Shown here piece after piece: positions 41,901 to 57,500 of a DNA stretch of 64,000 nucleotides. Position numbers and translations under genes: made by a program. The DNA is from Trichoplax sp. H2 (Eukaryota): the NCBI GenBank assembly GCA_003344405.1, contig NOWV01000101.1, positions 62,001-126,000 of the forward strand, read 5' to 3'. The notes under the pieces were generated by a model. It was not told the origin of the DNA. It worked only from the letters and a program-made list of their open reading frames with translations, and did not search any database. Position 1 is the stretch's first letter. Each line of letters begins with the position of its first letter.

Positions 41901-44529
41901 GGTCAATGGAGTAAATGCTTTATTACTTTTTGACAGTTCATCGCTTTTACCAATCGTTCATGGAAAGTCATTATGACAGTTGTTTATTGACTATTCTACT
42001 AGTAAAATCAAAACGTGATTACTGTATTGAACATTTTCTAGTCCATCGGACGGTTCGACTATTGATTAATTTATCCCTTGTGGGATTGATATGCTCATTG
42101 AACGTCTAGTATCCACGGTCGACTTACAATCGATTCACGGTTGAGGAAGTATTCTATAGCTAAAAGCATATCCAGCTTAATTGTATGCCGAGTATTCTGT
42201 TTCAATGCTACTGTACAATAACAAGACCATCTGTTGTGAGGCCTTATCTCATTGACGATGCACCTGTGCTGATTGATAATTTCCAATTATGAGTGTATTA
42301 TTGATTCTTTTTCATGATGAAACACCGCAAGGAAAATATGACTTGCTCTTCATTTACTGTGTACACTATATGATGGTAAGCTTTGTTTTTGGGGGGATTG
42401 AAATTAAATTTCAATTACAGTCCACATTGGTAGCGATCCATTCTCCCTCTAGAGGTTGTCTTTTTATTTAAATAATATTAATGCTCCCTATTAACTATAA
42501 TATAGCGTAATTGATATGGATGAAAGAGATTCTGCCAGCTTTACTTATTTGTGCAAGGTTAATATTGTTTTTGCGCCTTGTGTAAGGACTTCCAGTTATA
42601 AAAGTGTACTGACTGTACAGTACATTGATTGGCTTGGCTAGGTGCAGTGGATTTGAGCTTACTGTATACAGCAGTACTTTATTATTAATTATTTTATAAA
42701 TGATTATGACTAACGTAAGGAAAGGTCATTTAATGCGCTACGCTACCACTTACTATGTACTCCACATTAGCAAATCTGCCTGCCCAAGCCCTATATCGAG
42801 CCTTGAAACACAGTGTGACTCCATATAAGTTTTACGTCATACAATGTTAAAATAGCTTTATATAAGCGTATTACGTGGTTGGCCTGCTCACCCGCTGAGA
42901 AAAAGTATGAATGACTACCTATAGTTAGGTATCAAGAAAGAAGATTTGTAAAAAAAACTTCACGGTTTCTATTACCTGCAATAGTCTTTCTGTCTTAGAG
43001 GAATCGTTTTAGAGGATTGAAAGAAAGATCCATGACCATAATTGAGCGTGTAATGCACTCTACATCAATAATATTATTAATAATTCACACAGCAGTTTTT
43101 GCACTGGTATCAATGCTTGAGTAAATTGAGTTGCTGTTAATGAAAAATAATTTAAACGAGCATAATCCATCTAAAGCATATAAACTACTTTTAATGCCAG
43201 TGTCTGGAAATTGTTTGCTAGATACAGGCGTAACAACAGTGAAGCGCAAAGAGAAATTATGGTTATAGGAAAATATTGCACGGGCTACTGGAAAAAACAT
43301 TTTCCCTTAAGAATAAACTTACTTCTATACAGTATATAATTATATAATTAGAGAGGAGAAACATTTTTTTGGGCTGTGTTCCATGTTGCACAATGTTTAC
43401 TGTACCAACACAGTGACCGAAGTAAAAATAAATAATGGTGATAGACTTGCAAGTACAGGACGGTACCATACTGTAGAAAATCTGAAACAAATTTCGTCAG
43501 AACATTACATCATAGTGCAGTGCAGTACACGCGTGTGCTATAGAAAGTGCAACAACTAGTCGGGGTAGTACTTCATGAAGAAAATTGCACTGGATCCTCC
43601 TGCCTGACATCCTTCTCTTCATATCTATTCGATTGAGTCACTAGCCAGCTGTTCATTGATGGATACATTACGGTAGATATGATTTAGTAATAATATCCAC
43701 ACCCGATCGGTAATTAAATAAATAAATGTAAACGTATTGCTAAAATTTGCTGTAAACGTCTATAGTTGACTTCAACGATAACACGGACAGCCTTTTATCA
43801 ATATAAAGCAATCAAATCGATGGTTGACTACCGTACAGGCAGTGTAAGCTTATAAACGTTCTACTGCAACTATCATCTTTAGAATACGATCACTTTGTCT
43901 GGGTATTTCATCAGGCCTATATTAGTCATCCTGTTGAACGTATACGAATGTTAGAATACTGTACTGTTTGACTTTTCATTTCCTGTTAACTATGCATTAT
44001 TGTCCATGATAAACAATTATTTATCTAAGCTTATTAACAATGCAACTGCTATACATGGCGATATTACTATCAATGTATTTCTATTATCGGTCTTCCGAAA
44101 CCTGTGCAGAAAAGCTCTCGACACTATACGAACTAAACAGTAGCCTTTTACTTCTTTACTAAATACGTCACCTTCAATAATAATAACATGATTAATCAAT
44201 TTCAATCCTGAGTCAACGTAACATAGAAATAATAGAAAATACAGTATATACTGTGTAAAATTATTTACAGTTTAGAACTTATTACGTATCCTCTATTGCT
44301 TATTGTTCACTAGACAGATTTTTAACCATTGGCAACGAAAACTCAACAACCATTAAATCCACTGGTCATTGTCAACGTCTTCTTCTAGCCACCGGACTAC
44401 ACGTACTCTAAAGCAGTATTTTTTCTCAAAACGTTGAAAGAACAAAATTACCTACATTAAAGATTGAATTAAATCCGCTACCTTATTTCACTTCAATACC
44501 GGACTAACGAAAAATACATCGTAGTAAAG

Positions 44530-46595
44530 ATGAAGAAACCCTTCGTAGCCAAAGTTAAATGGATCGTCGTATGCATATTGTTATGTTACCTATACCAAGT
44601 CGAATCATTACGCGATATTCGCGATTTAGCACCAAGAAATCATACCTGCGATATCGCGGTTATGCAGGCTAAATATATTAGATTTGAAGCTGTACCTTGT
44701 GCTGTATGTGGTACAGCTATAGCGCTGGCATTCTTATTGGCCATATTTGGTAAGATTTCTTACATTGATGTAGCATTTTAACCTAGTAAATCGAAGGCTA
44801 CAAACCCATCTTGAACGATAGATGTTAGAAGTAATTCTTATTTTAAAATCTCTATCAGTTTGTACAGTACGTGTTTAATTAATATTCGCGTAGTAAATTA
44901 ATCAAAATGTCTCTTACAAGTTGGGCACCACTTAAATTTTATTTTTGTGAACTATTCTAGGTTATCGTTATTATAAAGCAGGAATGTTTCTAATTGCTTT
45001 TACGCCTGCTTCCATCGCAGCTTTTGCGATTTCTTTGAGTGTTTCAACATTACGAATTGAATACTGTGCCATGATTGCATTTGGTTCTGGCATTGTCATA
45101 GGCTTATTAATTGCGTTCTTACCTCAGCTAGGCCTTTTTGTTAACGGTTTCGTTTTAGGAGCCATTATTGGTGGTTGTGCATTAATAGGAGTCACAGAGG
45201 TAACAAAAAGTTTAAAGAAAAGATTACTAATTCAAAACATTACTTACTCTACGATCATAATGAAATAAATAATCGTACTATTTCGGATAACGTCATCAAG
45301 ACTAATTGATTAGTCAATACCTTATAGTAGTATTATACGTACATTACATACACTTTGCAATGATTGTTTAAATATTTTTTAAGCGATTAAAATTGCCTCT
45401 TAATTCTAATTTCTTCTTGCGATAGCCATTAACTTATCCCTAACATTCTTCCATTTACTGTATGCGCATATTCAGTTACTACCATCATATTCATTTTGGA
45501 TTCCAATTGGAACCGTGTCAGTCACTGGTTTAATTGGTGCTGGTCTCAGCCTTAAATGGCAAAAAGTTTGCATGATTTTGGCGTCAGCAGCAGTAGCTGG
45601 AGCAGCTGCTACCGCTGGAGCGGATTACTTTGTTGATAACTTTACACTTATCATTAACGCTTGGGAAAGGATTGCCTTTGGAAGGGTCATACCGCTGTGT
45701 TGGTATTCGTGGGCAACATTAGGCTTGCTACCTGCATTCCTCATTCTTGGAAGCGTTATTCAACTTCTATGCACTGGGCGCGACTTTGAACATGACATTA
45801 GCGGAGGTCGGCTACCATTTTAATAAAAATATTAAATTGTGTCTTGAAATTATCATTGCACTGAAAGCTTAATGTAGTTGTAATACATTTCTGTTCGTGC
45901 TTAGACATATACATCATTATTATTATTATTATTTTTGAAGGGCTTTATTTGTGTACAATATTAACATACTCGTATGTATTCTTTAACTTTTTTTACAGTT
46001 CATGTCAGGATTAATAGAAAAAGCTCAACATATAAACCTAAAAAATATCAACATACTCCAAAAGAACCAAAACTTAGGTCGTCTAATAATAATCATCATC
46101 ATAATGGACATCATCACTCTAATAATGCGCATCGCTCTTCCAATAATGGGAATCGCTCTTCTCATAACGGAAATCGTTCCTCCAACCATGAGCATCGCTC
46201 ATCGCGTGACGATAACCGTAATAATCGCCATTCTGGTCATCAGAAACGACATCATCGTAGCAATGGGCACGCGCGTGCTGAAGGAGAAGTACATGTCAAG
46301 GAGAGCGTTGTTAGTATTTATCCTCGCAGTAATGTAGCAAGTAGCAAATTTTCTTACATAATATTGTTTTTGATCAATTAGTGTACCTTTGCAGTATACG
46401 GTACTGTACAGTACAGTACATACGTACTAATTTTTATAATTAATAATCAAAAACTTATCTATACTCCTAATTATCTTTTTACAGATAAATCCTGTTTATG
46501 AAGATACAGCTGCTATAAATACAGCAGTTATGAATATGACATATTTCAAACATCCCCAAGAATTACCCATTAAAAAAGCCAAGCGGCAGCAATAG
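44530..46595 (+). CDS. TMEM198: Transmembrane protein 198 (7-TM, Wnt/LRP6 scaffold family), 5 coding exons
   Basis: FG|YRYYKAGMFL, QLGLFVNGFVLG, LSLKWQKVCMILASA..GAA....ADYFVD and IPLCWYSWATLGLLP...VIQ match TMEM198. A His/Asn/Arg-rich tail exon follows, then the last exon 46485-46595 (INPVYED...KRQQ-TAG). Confidence 0.88.
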
Positions 46596-48536
46596 AAATT
46601 TATATTGTACAAAATCCTATTGTCCGCCGATGGCTTTTCGTTTTGGCTCCATTGCGTCATGTTTTGAATAATAGGGTTTTTGTACTATAGTACGAAGCCA
46701 ATATTAATAGCAAATATTGTTTATCTTATCATACATGAATCAATCATGTAGAAACGTATTAGTACCAACTCGCTTTTTAACTTGGCCAATAAAACTCAAG
46801 TATACGTCTATACGTAGTATATTACTGTAGTTAGTAAAATACTAGATATAGCGATCTTAATATAAAATAAACCATTAGCAGATCATAAAAAATAATAATC
46901 GATATCCAATACTATCCTGGATGCATAACTAAATTTGGTTGCTGCTGCTGTAACATGCACTCATACACCAAGGTCTAATAATTAATAAGTATGTTCCATA
47001 GCTTGTAAAAAACTAGTACAAGTATAAGATACTACTATTGATTACTTGCTTTTATCAATGTTGTATTCGTACAACTCGTCAGCACCTTGCTTGTATAATG
47101 TATACCGGATGTTGTATCTTGGTTGGCAATGTAAAGACTGATTCTCCACGATGAGTCTAAAACTCATTTTGGCACCTTGAATTCAAATTATGATGATTTA
47201 ATTTTATTTTTAATCATTAAATATTAATAGAACTACCTTTTTGAGCATTGGTGACTACATATGAACATTAGAAGTTGGACTTTTTTCTGATATCTATATG
47301 TTATTCTGTATCTATAGCGCTGTCTGTTATTTAAATTTCTTCTATGAGTGTAATGAATATAAACCAATATATCTATATATCGAACAATGTCATGCATCTT
47401 TAAATTTCTACTCTCATTAAGAATATTTCTATACGACTTTTTAAAATACGTACAATGCCATATCCTTGATTAAAATCAAGCAAAATAAAGCTAATGCTAT
47501 TACTGAATAGAAATCCTTTACGTTGAAGTTTGTGTCTTCCGTCTCTCATCTACAAGATATGTTAATCACAATGCGATATTACTGCTCAACTGCTCCTATA
47601 GAAACAGTTGTCTGTGTATCTAGACTTTTACGTGCATGACTGTCATATCCAAAAGATAGAATTCACGTACGCTGCTACTATAAATAGATATATATGTGTA
47701 TTGTAAATGTTACTGACAGGGGCAACTAGAAGATTCGTAACTATACGACTATGCAAGCGAGCGACAGGTATAAAAGTCAACAAAATGTTTACATCATCGT
47801 GCACAACAATACGGACAAAATAGAGGCAGCGAGCTATAAAGATCGAATATTTAATACTATGTAAGGTATAGAATACGCCACTGCGAAGTAAGCAAGCAAG
47901 TGACGAAAATTTGTGTTATATAAATTTTAAATTAACTTTAACTTTAAACTTGTAAAACAGCATCACTTCGGGAATAACGAGATGAATACTACTTTGGTTT
48001 TTATACTCTACGTTACCCATCGTTGATAAAGTGTTATACCGTTTAACCAACTGGCTATTTCTGTAGATTAGAGTATGTGATAGTGTGCCTGTATCCGGCA
48101 CTAGAGCTCGGAACTATAGAATCAACATATTATCTAAACTTGTGGCCTCATAAATTCACTTCTTTCACTAATTATCGCCAATTCATAAATATGCAATCCA
48201 TCGGTATATCATTCAAAACAAGAGCATAGAGCTGTCTATAACTTGCAGTAATAATTCAATCAATAAAATGATAAATAAGGCAGATTAGTATGATTACTTT
48301 CTTTAATGTTACTTTAAATTACGTTAAGGCAAAGGTGAATAAATGACCATTGAACATTATAATTATTTCGGAAGTTATTTTATCCATACATTTTTACATC
48401 AACAGATATTATTTTTAATGCATATTAAAATGTAAAATAGTTATTTCCTGTCAATACAAAATTTTTGAAATTCAAATTTACAAGCCGATTCAAATACCAC
48501 GAGTCTTGATCTACTAGGTAATCGAGATTAATACAG

Positions 48537-51500
48537 TTAAGACATTTTAACTTTAAGAGAATATTGAATTTGACTAATTAAAACATTTAGATCTCCATAA
48601 ACTTTTAATAATTGTTCAGGTGTTAACGTATTCAATTCGCCACGATCAAAATGATCTCGCAATAATTGTGTTAAATCTACAACCGTACGCTCTTGCAAAT
48701 TGTCATTTTCTATACTTCGATATTGATCTTCGCTTTCACGCCTAGCTTCATATTGCTCGCGGCCTAGGTTTACCTCAGTGTCCGAATTATTTTTGCAAGC
48801 ATCGTTATCATCATTTTTTACTACATCATTACTATCGTTACAGTTATTATCTTGATTCATGTGATCTTTCGTGATGCTGTCATTCTGGATTTCTTTGCCT
48901 TTGATAATTTCATTAGTATCACCACTTAGTTCACTTTCATTTAAAGAGACTGATAAATCGTCCGATTCATGACTAATGCTTCGAAATGCAGCAGGAACAA
49001 CAGATTGATCAGTCTCTTGATTACCTTCATCAGTTTCAGTTAAGACGATTTTTCCATTAGATTTAACTATTGTCTTAGTATCCTAATTAATAAAAACGTA
49101 ACCCATTAACGATAATATTTAGTCAATATAGAAGATTTCTAAAGCGATTAATTAAAAATTAAATTACGTAGTACGATGAATAACCTGTAAATTTTGAAAT
49201 TTCCTTAAAGCGTTTTTAATATTAGGAATTTTGGGGGATCGAATAGGTAAAGACTGGACTTGATTTTCGGATAACGAACATAAATCGCCTACTGTACAAA
49301 TATTCATAGCACGTACAAGTTGTTCTAGTCCTCTTGAACAAGATAATGACGACATCAAGGATGGTAAAACTTGATTTATTGGCTCTTGGCATTCTACTAG
49401 GTCAGGAAATATACAGTTATTACTTAAAATTTTATCTTGATATTTCGATATCGGTGTCGAAGGGCTGGCGTTAACAGCATTATCTTTGATGTTAATTGGT
49501 GCTACTGGAGATATAACAATATTTTTCTTATCTTGGATATCGGAAGTAGTCGTATATCCTACAATATTAACAAATGGGATTTTAATGGAATCTATTATAT
49601 ATAAATATTTTCCATAGAACCTCCATAAATAATTACACACTACATTCTAAGAGTATTGTTGATTTATTTCTTACCGTTAACGCTGATATCGTCATGGCTA
49701 GTTTTAGTCTCAGAAGGAATAGCAAAAGTAACGCGACGTGCCTATAAAAAAGAGGACATCAACATAAGAGCACAAATTATGTGATATCACGTAGGCTTCA
49801 TTCTTGCGTAATAAAGTAACTGAAAATATAGTTAGTATAATAATTACTTTTCCAGAAGGCGAAGGAGAATCTAAGCTACTCCATCGCTTTAGTATACCAG
49901 TTGGCGAGGTTTTGGGAGAAAAAGGTATTGGAGGGCGCTTTTGTACAGGAGAATTAAGGTTTGCACTTGGAAAAGTAAACTGGATATTATTTTCTTTCGG
50001 CGTAATATCTGTACTTGCATCGATTTCCATTCGTAGATTGTTGCCGCCACTAAGTGCAGCTTTACCGTCTTCATGATCTGTTACATCGGATGATAATAGC
50101 GTTTCACTTGTAGGATAACTGCTGCAGTTACCACGTTGTATTTCCGAGTTCTTTTCATTTTTTGCTGATTCAACAATACCCTCCTTCGATTTAACAGGCG
50201 ACTCTGGTACAACTTTCACTGAGTTATCTTTTATCGTTGTAGTCGATCCATCCTTTTCTTGTTGTTTTACCCCAACTGAATGAGTGTCGCATTCTTTCAG
50301 AATGACTACGAGTGAATCGTTTACACCTAATTTCCCATCAGCATCATTCTTCAATGTTTGAGGCTGTAACGCTCGAGTGACTTCATTGATGCTTACAATT
50401 TCTACATTAATTAGACAATAAAAGAGAAATTAGACTAAATGCCCCAAATATTAGCTACTTCTAACTCAGACTTATAGTATATACCCTCCGAATCCATCAT
50501 TTCGGTCATACTTGTACCATCTTGAGACTGATCTAATCCGTTGTACATTGCTGGGTGCTCTCTATACACGCAAAGATTTTTAATGTATAAGAAAAATATA
50601 AAAAATATATAATAATAAATTACCTATCAAATACTGTAAGCTGTTAAATTAAGGTATAAACTGATGAAGACTAAAGACATAAATATCCTGGAGATAATTA
50701 CTTTCTAGTTTCTAATACATCTTTCTGATGCTCCGTTAAAAGTCTGGGCTTCTTAGGTGAAGGAGGAATTGCTACAAATCCCTACGATTGCAATATTAAT
50801 TATAATTAATCGAGGAATAAAAATGGTTAGACCTTTAACTATTACCTCCATTTCATCGTCCACTGATAAAGGTAATTTTCTTCGAGCTGAAGAAGCATGT
50901 GGAGAAAATCGTCCATCTTTCTGGCCTCGACTGGAAGAAGAGGCTGGCGTAGCCTGCTATGACATAGATCAGAAAAAGTATTTAGAAAATGGTAATCTTC
51001 AGTTATAGATGCAATCACATAAAACTGTTATGGTAATAAAATCTTGACTGGAGATTGCACAGTTAGTATTTTGTTCTACCTTAAACGGTGACATTCGTTG
51101 TATCGTGCTTTCAACTTTAGCAGCTTTGCGTAAGAAGCTGCCTGTAACGTGAGTCGGCGTTGACATCGTGGTACTAGGTACTTCTTCATTAGCTAGAGAT
51201 GGTTCTTCGAACTAAATAGAATGTATCGGCGTAATGAGCATTAGACTTACAAAAATTAAATCAGCCTTCTCGAGTTATATATAATAATAGATAATGATTA
51301 TGTATTCCACCTGTTCAATTTGACATTCGTCATCCTCTTCGTCATGATTCTATGATTAACAGTAAAGCAATTGTGTAAGTTTCAGCAATATCAGTATAGC
51401 CTAAAGACGATATCCAGATAAAATTTAATGCAAATCGCCGACTTGAAACTTACATCTTCCCATCCTGGCAATGCGATTGGTGTTGTTTTCCTAAGTGTTG

Positions 51501-54500
51501 TAAACTTGGACCTAATTAGAAAGTTTATCCCTTATTGCAATGCCAAATTTAATGTTAATCACTATCCACTAAACAGCTACTCCAAATCAGTCTTTACCGC
51601 AATGAAATTGGATAGGTAAGAGGTGATGAGGTAGCGAAAGTTGCATTCCAGAAAACTAGCATACGATTCTGTATCTGTCGTTTCGAATTACATAGTGTTC
51701 CTTCCTGTAGATATCAGAGAGAACTTGCTTAAAACTTCACAGATATTCTCATATGAATAAAATTATCATCATAAATTTAAATACCAAAATTGGAGCAATG
51801 ATCTTAAGCAAGTCAGAATCATATGGCAACATGTATCGACTTTGTAAGCAAGTTAAAATTATATCCAAAAGCCTCTCAATCTAAAAACAGATCAATAACT
51901 TTAGTAATTTTGCTCTATGAACATCTTCCGTAATTTAATCAAATCTTTCTGTCTTACCTTGTTGGATATAGATACCGGAAAATGCTGTCGCGTCTTTTTC
52001 CTTTCGATAGAGTACAGATTAGAATTTAGAAATTAATTACAAGCCAAATAGAATCATCTTGGATAAACTGATTAATAATAAGGATTTGTTTTGCCACATA
52101 CCGCTTGTCCGTATCTTTTAACAAAAGCCCTAGACCAAGTGAAAGTTTTTCTAATGTCGATCGAATAGCAATCGAGCCAGAGATGTGGCCAAAAACAAGC
52201 GCTAGCATATTGACCAGTACAATAAGTGAAGAATTTTCATTCTGCCGGCTCTACAAGTAATTGTAACAAACGCTTTTTGTCAAATTATTGTCATACTTTC
52301 CTGAAAATACAAAACGAATCATTTCAAACTTACTCTATTCTCACGGTATCCGGCTGAAGTTACGGTTTCCGTAAGAAGTCTTAACATCTCAATTAGCGCC
52401 GATAGCTTATGATGTTTTTGATTTCTAGGATTCGTCTTGGATCGACCATCATCAACAATGGTCGATACCGTCGATAATTCCATACAATCAACAATAACAG
52501 ATGTAGTTTCCATAGTCGCATCAAAGAAGGTATTCTCCTATATATTCAATATTTAGTGGAATTAAATCAAGACATGTCTTAAAAAATTTATACCATTAAC
52601 TCGTAAATATGTAAGTACAAACAAAATTTTTACTAACCAATAGATTTTCCTTTGTCACCACTTTTAACAGGCGCTTACATAGTGTATGTACGACTTCACT
52701 TAAATCTAATAATTTTTAAGTTACAATCTTCGTTAATATTTCAAAGTATTAACTGAAATCTTACAGTACGTGATCTCGAAACGAACGTATTACAGAAATA
52801 GTCAAAATAGTGTATTTAGGCAATTACAAATGATAAACATACCAACGGATGGTATCAGTGACGAGCAACGCATGAATGTTCGAAATAATTCCTCCCAAAC
52901 CTTCAGTATTTGTTTACTTGCATCCTAAAGAATCCGACAGAAGTCATAGGTAATTACTCTTTACCTGGCAACATTACAGTGACATATTTTGCTTTATTTT
53001 TGACACCAACAGTTAAATACGTCAGAATAACTAACCTGATTCAATTCATAATTTAATATATAAGTAAACGGAAATTCTAATACATTATATATACAATCGA
53101 AGACTGGTTCCAAGCCACCCTGATTAACTTCATTGGTCTAAAAACAGTGATTCATTAGCACTTGGTAATACATAATATTTTTACAAGTATTTTTTCTTAC
53201 AAGTCTAACTGATTCCAAAAGTCCTTTTGCCAAGACAGTCCATAGTTGATCAAGATGTAATTTATGTAATTGACTATCAAATTATAGAAGGTTTTTAGAA
53301 ATCAATTAAAAACAATTCGACATTTACATGAATTAGCGTCATTACTCACTAATTTCAGAAGCGATATTATAAAATTTATGTAAAATATACTATCAATATA
53401 GCAAAACAAAGTGATAAAAAATTACTTCGCAATTATTTCATTTTACCTTTCCTTTAACACGGATAAAATGCGATCGAAAGTATCAAGGTTCCTAGAAGAT
53501 CCCTCCGAAACTAACCCTATGATCTTACTATAAAGCGATATGAACCTACCAAGGTGTTTTGGTATCTCTGTTACTTCAAAAAATCAAACAACACCGATAT
53601 ACAACTATCAGATACAATTTTTAAAATCTAACCTTTCTGAATAATTGTTGCTATTTGTTATTTGTATCAGTTCAGACAGTATCTTCTCAACAAGGATCAC
53701 TACACATTCCTTCTAATTAAAAAGAATCAGATTTGAATATATTAGAACTGACAAGAACAACCAACCGAGCAAAATCTATAATTAATGTACTACCTTGTTG
53801 GTATCTTCTGTCTTGGATACCCGATCACTTAGACCAGTCAATATGATATTTGGCAACGTGAGAAAAGCATCTATAATAGTCTGGCATACATAAAATTGCA
53901 AGTTATAAATTACGATAACAGAATAAACCAGAACTCATTCAGAAATATTGATTTAACGTACTAAATTAGTTTCTGGAGATTGTGCAAAAACCATTAAAAG
54001 ATATTGTAATGCACCCATAACCAAATCAGTAGGGATTTGATGATTCTTAAACTTATCTATCGTAAAAGTTTCAAATGTAACACTTAAAAAACCACCTAAC
54101 TTAGAAATTTAACGTGAATAAATCTATTTGTAAGATTATAAGTTTTTGTCCTTTATTTTGCAGAGATCAAAATGGATCAATTAGTTATTTTCGACTTACT
54201 TTCTTGAATTGCTTGTGATAATCTGTCAATCAAGGATATCCATAATTTCGAAAGAAGATTTTCTACGTAATAGGAAAATACTATTAGTTCAAACGAGATC
54301 TTGGTTTAACGAACAAATAAAAGTCGCAATCTCACCTTCTAGCTTGTTTTGTAACGTTCTAGATGCAGTTACAATACAGTTAAAAAATAAATTGTAATAT
54401 TCCAAAAATATTTCACCACTAGTTTCATAGATGTTGCAAGGTAGTGGATCTGAAAGTAGTCAATAAATTTATAAAATTAAAGTTAATGACTTGGGCCAAA

Positions 54501-57500
54501 GCTGCTTTTGTGAATGATTAAATTATGACTACCGCAGCAAGAAGTAATATAGTTCTGCTGGACAAACCTAATCGGAAGCGTAAGGGGCTCTTTCTCTTAG
54601 AATCATTTAGGTAATGATAAAGAGCTTCACATCCTAAAGAAACTACATTTTCATATCCTGGGCCAGTTTTAAAATTTAATTGGGGCGTTTGTGGACTTGT
54701 CGATGACAGGACGAAACTTTGGGTGCCAGGCATGGACTTATTCGTAGGAGTAGAAGTTAGATCAGAAGGAAGACAATCTCCATTCGCGCTTTCAAGCGAT
54801 TTAATGTAGTCTCGATTTGTCACCTGACTTCCAAAGCAATATATTAATAATGGAAGGCAAATCTAAGCATAAAGAAATCAATAGAAGACGACATTAAAAG
54901 ATTTTGATAGTGAATAATCAAGGTAAGAGTTGATACAATATTAAAAGAAAACAGTGCTAGATAATGGCACATGACCGCACTTCTTTGAATAAAGCCGGTG
55001 AATGCTTATTCATAGACTTAATCAGATGCCACCAAGTCAAGATACGACTTTCATTTAGAACAGGAGGTGTATCTTCTGAGGATTTAATCTATAGCGATGA
55101 TGTAGAAATTGCGTACTTAAGAAACTCTTGTACAGAAGATACTGACATGATCATTACATATCAAGGCTACAAATTAACAGCATTCTATCATTATTATTAT
55201 TTTAAATCTTTCTTGTTATAGACATTAATCTAGCATCTTGCATAAGATTCTGAGGTATTACACCGGCGCAGATGCTAAAATTGTATTTCACTTACCATAA
55301 TTGGTGTACTCAAGAGTTTTCTCTTTTTGGGGCTGGTTGTTAAATCTAAATTCAGAATTTACTTCAACGTTAAATTGCTTTAAATTTTAAGCGTAAAGAT
55401 TAACTTTGCAACATACCGGTATAAGATACAAAACTATCAATAAAGTGTCGCCAGTTAGCGTAAGCTTCCAGTAAAATGTCAATCGATTTATTTTTAAAAC
55501 CCTGGTCACAACAATAAAGTATCCAATGGATTAAAAAACGAAATTAAATTAAAGGAACATTAATTTCACTTAAATTCACCATTTCCATTATTTTTAACAT
55601 ATCATTCAGAAGAGATCCACTTCGATGTAAAACCTTTTAACAAAGTAATAAAAAAATATGTTAATTAACAATTTAGAAATGCTATAACACCGATTGATCA
55701 CGTCTACCTTTCCCAATAGAATAATGTAGTAGCGCCATGCTCGTAGAGCACTAATTTCTCGTCTTTCAGCCATCATTTTGCCCATCTCATCTATTAAATT
55801 CTTTAACATAGCAATCCAGGTATAGAAAATTAAGAATATAAAACAATTACTTCCAGAGACGATGAAATACCATCACTTAAACTTACGGCCTTAAGATCTG
55901 GAATAAGAACGCGGATTAACTCTTCCTGTGATGATAGCAGCAATGGTAATGCTGACTCCATGACAACAAGTGCTCTTTCTGCGACTTTCACAGCTGAATT
56001 AAGCATTACTGGATAAACCAGTATTCCCCATTTAGCAACGTTGGCACGCATTGTATTTGGTACTTGTTCAATCAATCTAAATAATTCGATAAATGAACAT
56101 GGATTTATTTACAGTGTAATTTTAATCTCGAATAATCGGTGAATCTAACAATAAAATGATAAGACGATTCGATATAATGAGCTTTAAAATTGAACCTTAA
56201 GATCACATTCATAGCTTCAAATTCGACAGTTGCAGACTGAAAGCCACCGGATAACAGTACGTGTTCTAAGGCTGGAAGGACAACACTAACCTAATATATT
56301 GATCATTTATTAATATTCTTTGTTTAATATCACACGTATAGATTGATGATGTAACAACAGCCAAAATTGGTCTCTTACTTGATTTGCAACAATATCGGAG
56401 TTTATATTTTGCTTTGCAACGCACCATAAAGCCCTAGTACACCTGTTTTTGTCATGGGTACTGACGATAGCACTGCAAAGAGCTATAAGATATTGATAGC
56501 GTCAATACAGTATCTGCTTAGTGAAGTATCAGCAATTAGAAATGCTAAATATAAGTTTAAACATACCTTTTAGCATGCCAATTGCAACGTCATCCGGTAA
56601 AGAACTGCAAAACGACATAAAACAGTAGATAATTAGTACATAGGACAGACAATTTACGCGTACTCAATATATACTGGTATAAGTATAATTGCTATCTAAT
56701 ATCAGGTGATAGTAAAGAAGTCTTAGTGAGCTGAACTTGCCCAGCAATTCGTGCATGATACAAGCAATAGCCAAGTGCTTGCAAAGACGCCAGAGCTAGT
56801 TCTCGGGGATCGCTTAAAATATCTCTCTATAAGATAAAATTTTTTCATATGGTAAAAATAAATAATGTTCACGCAAGTATAGCTAGCTGCTTAGTAGAAC
56901 TCATAACCAGTTTTGTATTTTGTACAAAATCAACTACTAATTAATTTGATAAGATTTAAGAACTCTAATTAAACAATTTCAAGAATCATAATTTACTGCT
57001 ATTCAGTTATAGCCCAAAAAACTAATGACAAACATACTTTTAAAATAAAAGCAGAAAAATATCGAGTAGAATAAAAAGTTCCTTCAAAATAATCTACGAA
57101 AAATATCCTTTAGCCGATAGCAATGAAATTTACATAGATGGAAAAATTGGTGCAAGATATGATGATGGTTGATTAGGCTCTAAGAAGGATACTATACGTG
57201 GCTAGCAGTACTGTAGTAAGTAAGTAGGGTAATTAAAGAGTTTAATTGATTCTAATTCTACCGAATAGCTATACAAAAATATACTAGATACCTACAGTAA
57301 AGTGTAAAGCAATTTTAATGTGATACAGTAGAATGCAGAGCTGATAGGTAAAATTACAAATGCGGCGTAACGCATGGCACCTTTGATTAATCAATTATTA
57401 ATAATGAGAACTTAAGAATAGAAGTAAGTTTAATCTATTTTTGCGAATGTAAGAGAAGAGCGTACATTATCGACGCTGGAAATCTGAGTTTGCAAATGTA

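Noticed and set aside
55815-55830. Possible AC-ending intron in RIF1
   Set aside because: A phase-compatible AAG acceptor at about 55801 gives DLKA|NLIDEM, which fits homologues; no U12 branch site or donor.
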